Source: Balanoglossus misakiensis (Eukaryota > Animalia > Hemichordata). From it: DNA of 64,000 nucleotides. Every line of letters begins with the position of its first letter. Positions within the stretch are counted from its first letter, which is position 1. The DNA is taken from NCBI GenBank assembly GCA_040954595.2, contig CM082589.2:4044213-4108212 (forward strand). Direction: 5' to 3'. Shown here one piece after another: positions 28,501-40,648 of this stretch. The notes beneath the pieces were generated by a model. It was not told the DNA's origin, ran no database searches, and saw only the letters and a program-made list of their open reading frames with translations. The translations under genes and the position numbers were made by a program.

Positions 28501-31500
28501 CCTAGTCTAGTGATCGCAGTATTGAAGGGAGGCAAACACAGGACCTAAAGGCATAATGCTATTAAAGGTTGTCAAACATGATCTTTTATGTAAATATTGA
28601 TATGAAACTTTACCAGCAGCCATTATCCTACTGAGTCAGATTTTCTATTAGTGTCTCATGTTACTAGAATTTGAAACCTGTTGCTTGCCGGACAGATCAT
28701 AGAGGATGTTAACTGGCTTTGTTATTCCAGTTTGACTAAGACTAGGGTTCGTACGGCTGCAATTATGCTGGGTCCTACATGTATATAATACAGGTGATAG
28801 AAAGTCAAAGTATATAGGCACAAAGTACATGTAACTGCAACAATGTACATCGTCGCAAACAACGAGGTAAATTGTTACTTTTTATTACAGTCTACATCAT
28901 TTCCAATTTACTTTAAAATTGGTAAAACATGGAATTGACAAAACATCCGAAACAATTCAATAACTTGTAGTGAAATAAGTAAAAATGTTACGTAGTTGAC
29001 CTCTGAAATTATTGAGACATGAGGGTAAACTGAGCTGTCATGAGTTATTTTGTAACTTTGCGTCAGATTCCTTAGTACAGATGCAATTGCCCATATAGTG
29101 CCAATTGAGTTTCATACTGACAGCTAAGAGACAAGCAAATTGACCTAATGTTCATTCCTTTAGTGACATAGAGTAACCCAGTTGTCAAACCCTGTCACCA
29201 CATTACAGTGAGAGAGATATATTTGAAATTAGCCTTCTGAAAAGTGCGCAGGGCAAATTAGTTTCTGTGATGGTTGCAATTTGCAATTCCTAATGAATTC
29301 AATGTGTTCTGCTGTGCATGAATAGGTTTCACTGAGGTCTTCCCATTTTTCCTAGCTGTTGATTGTCAAGCTCTCTATATACAATGTAGTGATCGATGGA
29401 TGAGTGAAAATCTTGCCACTGTGAATTTGAATGGTGATCACTTACGATTTGCGGCAGAACTTATCACACCGACCACAGACTTGTTTCTGGCTTGCCACAG
29501 GCTATAGACTCCGACTCACATTGACGTGCCTGAACCTATGATTGGAGCACACCATTTCCCAAAGGGAACCATATTGTATTGAGAATTCATATAATGTTGT
29601 TATATAGTGACAACTATCACACACAAAAGAATTGCAACTCAAAACTTGAATAATACATTTACATTCATAAGTAAAATCTCTAGTTTTTCAAATAAATAAC
29701 CAAGAATGACTTATTCATGTAAAACTTTTTTTTAATTTTCAGCTTCGTTATAGTTACCATGAAGACAATCAGTCATGGCAAGGAAGCAGGTCAGAGATGC
29801 AGAAAGACCTTGAGAATGGTCATCGCCAATTGAGGAGGAGAGAGTCTAAGAGAATCAATTCAAGATTTGAGGTAATTAACTTGAACTTATGATATTTTCA
29901 ACTTTCATAATGATTGATTTAATTTTTTTAATACATATGCTTATTCTTTATTTTTGATGTATTGTGTATTTATTATTTAGAGGTTGCCATGGTAGATTGT
30001 GACTAAATTCAATGATAAAGGGTCCAAGCTATATAGAAATCTACAAACATCCATAGAAATTCTATAAACTTCTATAGAATTCTTTAGCGTTTATAATACT
30101 ATACATGTGTGTTTTTCAATACTGGTAAGTCTAGAAATTCAAAAACACTAGTACTCAATTAACCTTGCTGTGTTTATCATGCAGGTCACCTTGCCCTTAC
30201 GCTGGTAATGTCACAGTGACCTTTGAACTTGGCCCATTCTTTATGTAGCGAATAGAGCATTCTGATAAGTGGCCATTAAAAGCTGCATGAAACGATAAAA
30301 CGTGGTTAATGAGCCATTTGCAAGATAATTTCTCTGAAGAACACTCTGTGACCATATGTCTGTCGGCTGTTAGTCGACGCAAACACTCATATAAAAGATT
30401 AGTTTTTTCGACACATTTCCACTAGAAAATTCTTGGGTTGTACCATTTTTTGTGCATTTTCATGTCTTTGAAATACTCGACAGAGATGAGATTGCTGTGA
30501 AATATTGATAGTTAGTGAGAGATTATTCAGAAAAACCAGTTACATTCCTGTCGCCTTTGGTCTTAATCCTGTTCTGCCCCTAAGCTCCCATTACAAGAAA
30601 TTTCCCTCATTGCCAACATAATGTCGGTGACCTTTAAGGTTGTAAGTTAAGAGACACATAGATTTAAGTTCTTAACTTATACGATTCTCACAAATTCTGA
30701 GGCACTGTTCTGGGTTTTAAGGAGTTTCTCATAAAACTGCATAGGTTAGAAAACATTGTCTTAATAGTATGCAGAATTCTTGTTTTAAAATTGATTTAAA
30801 TAAAAGAGATTATGAGGTTACACCACCAGGAAAATGCCATTTGCATGACTACACCCAGTGCACATTTTCAATTATGTGATTTCCATGGTTACCTTTGTTT
30901 TCTTGCTTTTCAGAGTGTGAACTATGACGTCATCGAGAATGATCCATATCTACGAGATGAACAAGCAAGTGGCTATAAGGTAAATTCAGAGCTGTAAAAA
31001 GGGGTACATATACAATAAATAAAGTCCTAAGATACAAAAAAGACATGTCTGCTTTACAACAACATGCTCTCAAACACTATATATCTTGACTCTCGGTTTC
31101 TTTGTCAAAATGGCAGGATCCTCGTAAATGTCAATGTGATTCCCTTGGTCTCGTAATGCAGGGGCATTTAAGGTTGACGTGATGTTGTTAAAACAGTTCC
31201 AAAACCTTAGCTTTAACATGTACCGGTACCTCTGTTGCCAAGTCTAGACAAATGTATTAATTTATCAAAGTCTGGGATTTGACATGTCAGAAAAAAATTA
31301 ATTTTACTGTTTTTATACAGTGTGTTATTTCAATATGAATATTTTTTTAAAGCACTAGATTATAGTCAATCAAAACTAAAAGAGAAGTCTATATCTAACT
31401 GTTTAAAAACATAGTTGGCGATGCCTGGCTTTACAATAATGGAGTCCGCTTGAGCAAATAAGATTATTTCGATGAGAGCTGAGCCTCTTGCCACGAGGAG

Positions 31501-34500
31501 GAACTGATGAAGACATTAGTGCATTTTCCAAGTGCTGAACCAAAGTACTGTTACTTAATGAAAGCTTGACGAAGCTGAAATCAGAACATGGAGTATGGAT
31601 GAGCTAGTTGATTTAATGGACTGTTTCAGTTTCTGCATGTTAAGAGATCTTGTTCATGAGTGCGTCTGAGCATTCCAAGTGGAATTTGCAGGGTCAGGTT
31701 TCCATCATGTGTTGAATTTCAGAGTAAGCAGTGTACTTGCATGTTTCAAAGCAGCTGATCAAGATTTCTGTAATATGTAATGTACTAATGTGATATGTGG
31801 TGCATTTGAACCTGTAGAATGTATGACCTGCCAAAAATTTTGACCTTAATCAATTATTTTATCCTGGTGAAAATGCAAGTTACACAATTTTTAAGAAGCT
31901 AGCTTAAGATTGCATGTACACACATGCCACTTTAAGCTTAAAATACGACATAATTTTTTTTTCATTCCCTCATGAGCTATTTTTGAATTATTATCACATG
32001 CTTTTTGTTCTCTGGTATGTTTGTGGATTGTGAGAAAATTCACTCTCCCAGAAAAAAATGCATGCCTGTATCTCAGAATGCCATTCGACACACAGGGAGT
32101 TTACAATCACATGATGGAAGATTTCTTTCTTCAGTCATGCTGACACTTGATAAGAGATAGTACAGGCCAAATTGCTTTTGCCGGTACCGCCTGATTTTTC
32201 ACTCTCTGTGCGTCACCTGTTTTTCACAGTTGCGTCAATTTACGTCCTTCAAGTCTAGTGTGATCAAAAGAGCCATCGACCCCTTGCGAAGAGACCGTCG
32301 CCGCTATAAGTGCATGCATGAATTTGATAAGCCAGAGATTTAATCCCATTGCGGTTTTCTTGTACTCGACACCTAACGAGAAAACATTACGATAAATTAC
32401 ATGTAACTAGGGCACCCGGTTTAACACGTCACTGGTAAAATTCATTTTATGCGTTTGCCGAAACTGATATTCTCATCTTTGCGATATTGCATATACAATG
32501 CAGTTCTATAGATAATCAAGGGTGATTGTCATGATTAAATTCTGATATATAAATTTATTTATAATGAATGGCCATGTTGAAGCTTTCTTAAAATTTGTTA
32601 ATCTTGCACCTGAAATTTATTTTTCATTCACATGTACATGTGTAATTTCTAACAGGGAGTGGTTAAGAAGAACATCGCCAAATGGCTGGTCATGTTCCTG
32701 ATTGGACTGGGTACTGGCACCATTGCAGCTGCTATTGGCATCGTAGTCGAGAAACTGGTAGAACTGAAGATTTCCGTTGTTATACATTGTATCCTTTCTT
32801 GTTGTACAGGTGTTTTGCAAATAAGTAGCCTGTGCTCATTGGATGCCCAAGTTCTGGTGCACCTGGACATCAGGGTCTTCTTTGGTAGCGGTGCATTCAA
32901 AACTTTTCCTTGACAATAGCATCTCTAGATATCAACAAATGCGTGTCAAGTAATTGTCTATACATACCTTTTTTCCTATGGCTAGCCATGAACCTTGTAG
33001 GCACCTTGATAGCGGTCACACTAGTTGTGTACGGATCGGTATGTTTATAATCTACTGTGATTTTCTCCCAGAGAATATTTTTTATTTCATCAGGAATATG
33101 TTTATTGCAAATTACAATCTTTAAAGACCAGTCCATGAAGTACATGATGAAGGTTAAATGACATTTCACCATTGTTAATCCATGGGTAGAAACTTCCTCA
33201 ATGTGAACCTGTAGACTTCACATCAGCGATTATCCCTTATCAACTCTGCAAGGTCTGCTGCAGAGGTTAAGTTTTATGGAGCTGTTATTTGTTTGCAAGG
33301 AGTGAAAGCAGGAAAGTGGGTCAGTGGCCCACATTTCTGGCCTATCTGTGGAATGCATCAGCTGTGTAGTGTTAATCCTCGCACATCACACGGCCGAGGG
33401 ACTGAATAGTGAAATCAGTGTCGATACACAAAAATAGCAGTGACCTGATAATGCCAAAAGAGAACAACCTTGACGCTTTGATGTCATTGAATGTCATCAA
33501 CTTTCAGATGCAAACATTTTGGGCTCACAAATGTGGTTATCCAAGTTGCAGTCTTCTCAAACACATTTTATCTTGATTAATTACCAGCTTGTTGTGAAAT
33601 ATGTGTTTATTCTTGCCGTCTCTCTCTCTCTCTTTGTTTCTTCCTTAGCCGGTTGCAGCAGGCAGCGGCATTCCCCAAATCAAGTGTTATCTTAATGGCG
33701 TCAAAATTCCAAACGTGGTCGCCATGAAAACGCTGGTATGTAAAGTGGTCGGTGTGACGATGTCCATGGCGGCTGGGCTGGCGGTCGGAAAGGTGAGATT
33801 ATATCGCTTGTGATGTCATCATAATAACACAAATTGGAAACGTCGAAAAGGGTTTTCTCAAATAGAAGGTACATTTAGTGATATATAAATGCTACAGAGC
33901 ACCAACGAACAACTGCGTCATTTTGCCTGTGTTCATTTTCAAGCAATTTATTATTTATTTACTTGTCTATTATTGGCAGAAGTGATACATTAGTTTGTTC
34001 TTGTAATGCGCATTCTTGGCATAAATTCAGGAAGTGTTGACAGTTTGTTGTTCTCTGTGTTGAAGCTAATGTGCTCTTTCCTTTCACTGGCAAAGATAAA
34101 CTTGAAATTCCGTGACAATGTTAATCCGTAATTGCCTTGACTGCGGCTATAACTATTTACACTGAAAGATTGGTTGGATGGTGGGAGCACCCTCAGACGA
34201 CTCGTGTCTAAGTTAACTTTCATTCGTTTTTCGGCAGAAGCTGCTTAGACACGAGTTTGAATTTGTATTTTCACAGTAATTTAGAGCAACTGTTGCAACT
34301 GAAAAATGTTCAACTATATTTTTAGGAAGGACCAATGATTCACTCTGGAGCAGTGGTAGCAACTGGCATCTCTCAAGCAAGATCTAGAAGATTCAAATCA
34401 CTAGATTTCAAGGTAAATTAACCTTTCCACCCTCTGTCTAAATGGATATTAAGTCCCAACAAGTTAAAATAACGTAATTGAACCAAAGTAGGCTGACAAT

Positions 34501-37500
34501 GTCTCATTTCTCCCCAAATTTTTGAACAGATTTTCAAATATTTCCGATGTGACACCGAAAAGAGGGACTTTGTCTCAGCGGGTGCAGCAGCAGGCGTCGC
34601 TTCTGCATTTGGTGCACCAGTCGGAGGTGTTCTATTTACATTAGAAGAAGGTGCTAGCTTTTGGAATCAGAGGCTTACTTGGAGAATAGTAAGTGCAGGT
34701 ATCTTTTCCCTTACAAAAACATTCTATAGATATCTATGGAATTTCTATAGATATTTACAGAATTTCTAAGGGCATCTAAAGCTTTCTGGTGTTGTATTTA
34801 CATTAGGAGAAGGTGCTAGAATAGATAGTGTTTTCCCCTTACAAAGGCATTCATTATAATATATGATAAGTATTGTTTTGGATGGAATAAAACTTTATGC
34901 TGCAGAAGAAGTAATGGACTCTAGTTTTGAAAGAAACCATTACTGATTCTTGGTTACCTCTCTCTATACAAAGCGACAATTCATTCTGACTCAAATCTTT
35001 CCTTTCCTTTCAGTTTTTCTGTTCCATGGTATCAACATTCACAGTCAATTGTATATTAAGTGGTTTCAAAGGTCAGCCTGGAGATTTGTCTAATCCTGGG
35101 CTGATAAGTTTTGGCAAATTTAAAGTAAGTCCCGTTAAACTGCTATTGAATTTTCATAAAAATTTCCCCTGCGTTCTCCCACGAATTTACATTGGTATCA
35201 TACCATAGTATGTTGTGTTAGTAAAATTTGTTCAGCACACAATATTATGCAGGCTATAACAATCTGAGTTTGGCAAGAAATCTGAATATTATTTTTATTG
35301 AGCTTGACATCGGTTGTAACTTAAAAATTGCATATGTTATGCAGTTAGGATTTTTTTCTAAAAATAATATCACTTTTTCAGAAAATATTATATTTTCTGG
35401 TCTTTTGATTTTCTGCAGGATTTGAAGTATGAATTGTATGAATTATTTATATTCATATTAATGGGAGTTATAGGTAAGGTACTATATTCTTTCCCAGTTT
35501 ACATCAATTAGAGATTTTGTTATCATTTAAACAAAACCACAACAGAGATTAAAACTAATTTATATTTTTTTTATCTCACTCAAGGTGGTTTAACAGGAGC
35601 ATTGTTTAACTTTGTCAATCACAAAATAACAGTCATTAGAATGAGGTGAGAAAATGAATATTAATAATGAATATTTAATTTATTTTGTTCTTGAATAAAT
35701 GTAACCCTAGAATTCACAATAACTTCAAATTTGAGTGGAATGCTATGCATGCATATCAAATATTTTGGTTTTACTTTCTTTTTGTCTGACGCCCAACTTC
35801 ATACTCTATATGTATTAATTTGTATATAATCCATATGACATAAGGGTACCTTAGATATAATTTCATTGACTCTTTCTCTCAGATATATAAATCGTAATCT
35901 TCTGAAAATGCTGGAAGCCATTGTGATCTGCACTATCACCACTATTGTGGCATATTTACTGATGTACTTCACTGAAGATTGCCAGCCTAGAAGTATGTTC
36001 AATACCACCGGCCACGGCCATCACACTGAGCAGTACCAAGTTCAGGTAATTTGCATATTGCCTGCATCACCATCTGTTTCATATTTGCATATTGTCTGCC
36101 CCACCATCTGTTTCATATTTGCATATTGTCTGCCCCTCCATCTGTTTCATATTTGCATATTGTCTGCCCCTCCATCTGTTTCATATTTACATATTGTCTG
36201 CCCCACCATCTGTTTCATGTGGAACATACTGTCTAAACAATCTGAGAAAGTTGTTTCCCCTTTTATCAGCAGTGCTTAGGAAGAGAAATTGTAATTTTTT
36301 GGAAATTTTGTTATGTCCCTTCAGTACTTCAATTCATCAATCAGTATTTTTTATTCTCTGCCATCTTTTCTTGCAGCTCCTCTGCGAAGATGGCTATGTA
36401 GATTCCATGGCATCTCTTCTATTCGAAACTCCAGAGGGTAGTGTACGAAGGCTATTCCACGACCCAAGCAGTAAGTAAACCACAGCAAACACCAATAACA
36501 TTTACTTTAATTTAATTTAGAATAATATTCTTTTGTGAAGATTTTAACCTGAGAAAGAAGTAAAAGTGAAACATAATTAAAATATCAGACATTTGAGTAA
36601 CTGAATGAAGCTAGTGTTTCAATATTTCAATTTTATTGATTTGGCCAACAGAAGCCTACCATGCAGCATCCCTGGCATTGTTCTGTGTGCTGTATTTCTT
36701 GTTGGCTTGCTGGACATATGGCATCAACGTTCCCAGTGGAATATTCATACCTTCCCTATTGACCGGTGCTGCCTGGGGGAGGCTGGTGGGAATGCTTGTG
36801 GACCATACCATTACTGGTAGGGTGAGTATCATGATTGATATTGATTGGACCGTCTCATTTCTTGGTGAGGTCTTGGTAGGGTCAATAATTGTACGCAGCA
36901 TGCAAGAGATAATAGTTAAATTATGTCTTCAATATTAATTTTCTTTCTAATGTGTGGATCTTTTGGTCTGTTTCAGAGTTTTGATGTAGGGAAGTATGCT
37001 CTTATAGGGGCGGCTGCACAGCTTGGTGGAATATTACGAATGACCATTAGTCTGACGGTCATTCTCATCGAAGCTACGGGTGATATGACATTTGGTCTTC
37101 CTGTCATGTTGGTCCTAATGACCGCCCAGTGGACTGGTAACTTATTCAACTTAGTAAGTAGTGAAATGCATATATTTATAACCATGTTCGGCAGCTCAAC
37201 TTTGATTTGAACATCACTATTTCAAGAAGGGAACGTATGTGTTGGTTATAAATTTTATGCTCAGGAGTACTGGTAGATCATCCATGCATACGGTACATCA
37301 TCCATACATACTGTTGTTAGGAAAATTATTATTAGTGAATTGAAATATGTAGGTGTCTCACTGCAATATAAGTAATGAATATTACTGCCATTATATATAA
37401 CTTTGGTTTATTTAAAACTATTCTTTTCTTCAAGGAGTTACATTGACATATTTTCGAAAGTTTCCAATGGCAAAATAGTTTATCACACAGTAAGGATTTA

Positions 37501-40500
37501 ATTGTACTTTGCATTTTAATTTGCAGGGTTTATATGATATTCATATAAATGTTAATGGAGTACCATATTTAGGCTGGGAAGCACCCCCAATGTCTGCAAA
37601 AATCTTTGCAAAGTGAGTATATGTTTACAACAGCATTGTCAGTCACCATATCGCCGGCATTGTTCTAGTTCTTTACTCTTTCTAATGGTAATGCATAGTG
37701 TAAGGCAAACCTTACAAAAACACTATACATATCTATAGAATTGATCTATAGTCTACTGATTTTATATAAAAGTTTATAGAATTTCTATAGAAACCTATAG
37801 ATTTCTATGTAGTTTTTGGATTCTTTCTTATTGAATTGTGCAGAAGCATGAAACTGTATATGATGCTAAAGAACAGTTTTTGTAAGGGACATAATTACAG
37901 TAATTTTAAGTTGTAATCAATTTGACGTAAATTTTTCTCCACAGGGAGGTCATGACGACCCCAGTGTTATCACTGAGATCAGTGGAGAAAGTTGGTGATG
38001 TTGTTGACCTTCTCACAAGAGAGATTCATAATGGTTTTCCAGTGGTTGACTCTTATGATGCAGATGAACAGGTGAAATTATCAAATCCATAGATAACATT
38101 ATGACAATTGAATTTACCATAACACATTCATCTGTATTGCTATGTGACTGGAGTTTGTTTATAGTGTTTATTATTCTTCTCTTTTTTCGAACAAGTTCAC
38201 AACATTTAAAAACATGTATGTGTACCATAAAATTGTCAATGTCTAGAAGTATTTTTTTATCCCTTTAGAATTCTACACAACTGTAATATCATTATATCAA
38301 TATTGTTTTCGCTTTCTGCAGATTAAAGGGGAGACATTTGGAAGACTGAGAGGGCTTATATTACGAGGACAGTTAGCAGTGTTATTACGACACAAGGTAT
38401 GATAAGTTGTTTCATAAAATATCCTGTTATGGTGTACAATTATGTACTTCATGATAAGGGATAATTATATAATACAAAAATTGTTATTCATATACTCATG
38501 ATCAAAAAATCAGCCATGAGACATTTGCTCCTTATTTCAATTTCTGTGATTTAAATTTAAATTGAATGATTTCTTATGTCTAAATTGTCTAACATTTAAA
38601 CATTTTTCTTGTTCAATTTTCTATCTCTAGGTTTTCATAGATGCACCAGACATGAACAACATTCCACCTGAAAAGGTCGAGGAACTTTCTCAGAAGGTAA
38701 CACTGACTGATTTCCGGGATGCATATCCCAGGTATCCCCATGTTGAGGTAGGTAACATGTCCTCATTTGAGTGCTTCACAGTATGCTGTGGAGGAAAGTT
38801 AATGGAAAATGTGCTGGATCAATTATCAAAATCATAAAATCCTCATTTAACACAAGTCAGAAACATTTCAGTACCAGTGGTTTCATATTGATGACAGCAA
38901 CTTAGAAGGTTGCAGCTAACACACAGCTAACACACAACCGAAGCGTACTTAAAAAATTGCTTTAATTTTAAAATAGAACATGGCAGCTTCCAGTAATGAT
39001 TTTGTGAAACTGACATTATTTCTGGATGGTATTTTTGAATTTCCTTATATTTTAAATTGAAAATGCACATCAACGTCAAATATTTTCATATATATTTTTG
39101 TTTATATAATTTCTCCCTGACCTCTTGTGTAGCCTGTGTCTGTCTTTTTTCCAGATGTTATTTGTTTCCTCCAATTTCCATATGTAACACTTACTTTCAT
39201 CAATTTAAAGCTCATTTTATATTATAATCTGGGCAAAGCTTCAATTAAGCAAAGGCTTGCTACCTCCCCTCCCCCCTCCAGTATTCATTGACTCACTCCC
39301 CCCCCCCCCCTCCCACCTACTACTGCCCATACTTGACTATCTCTCTTTCTCTCTCTCTCATCACGGTCATATTTCAGTGATTTTATTTTGTTTCTTTTCT
39401 CAATGTTCTCTTGTGCCTTCCAGTGTGGGTGCCCCTATGACTCAGCCTACGAAGAATGGTGCAATTCATTGCAAGTTAGTAACTTGCATGCCGCCATTAT
39501 CCCATCCCACTTCCCACTCTTGTGTGATTAACAAAATATAGACAAAGGCTGCCTCTGCATTTCAAACAGGATTTCTTTTGCCAATTTCGTTTCAAATAAA
39601 AAACCCAAACACATTTTTCTTTTGTGTCGTTTGACCATTAAATATGAATTCATTATGAGTAAAAAGCTTCATTGACAGCAGTAACTTCAAAATTGGTTAC
39701 ATCAAGAAAAAATCACCTATGGCTACCTTATATATGTTTAACTCTTGGTTGCTAAGGCAACTTTTTCAAGGACATAATTTCAGTATTCCAAAGATGGTAG
39801 TGTGAAGTGGTGATAGCCTTATTTTTTTGCATGTGTGCATGCTGCTATGTTCAGATAAATATGTAGTTCACTAACTTTTCTGAAAGTAAACAAGAATGTA
39901 TAATGTACACGTACGTTGCTGCCAGTGTGTCTCCTCTTCAAAATTATCAAAGCAAATTAAGTTATCTCATTCAAAAACTGGAAGTTTACGTCATGCATCA
40001 TTTTGTCATAAATTTCTGGAAAATACTGGTAAACATAGGTCAAAATTCCAAAATCTAACATTCAAGTAAAAGTAAGGTATAAGATGGTAAATACAAATTT
40101 GAAAAGGAGAATATGTTCTGTTAATGCACGAATCCCAGCTTGTGGTTGTTTGTGTATGTGTGTGTGGTGTGTGTATGTCAAGTCTTTGTGTATGTTATAA
40201 TGATGTTCACAGAAAATAAATCCAATTTCATTTGAGCAGTAATGTTGTCATTGCATTTTCCTATTGGTGTCATATTTATCAGGGAATGGAACAATATAAG
40301 CTGCCGTGGGTTTTGTCTAATAAATTAATCTGTGACCATTCAGTGAATATCAGATTGTATGGTATTATTCAATCAACAACGAGAATCTATTTCATGAGAT
40401 TTTTGTGCTGTGTGTATATTGTACTATGTATTATGCAGGTGCACTAAATGGGATGGGCTTGTGTTGTTCTGGAGATAAATGTAATAGATTTTAATGTAAG

Positions 40501-40575
40501 ATAAAAAACAATAGATGCAATATAATATGATCAAATTGTAAGAATGGGTTACAGCAAGGCTAGATAGATAGCAAT

Positions 40576-40648
<73 letters not shown>

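Noticed and set aside
36049-36217. 34-bp repeats of CRISPR-like length
   Set aside because: The units are head to tail with no unique spacers, there are no cas genes, and the context is a eukaryotic intron.
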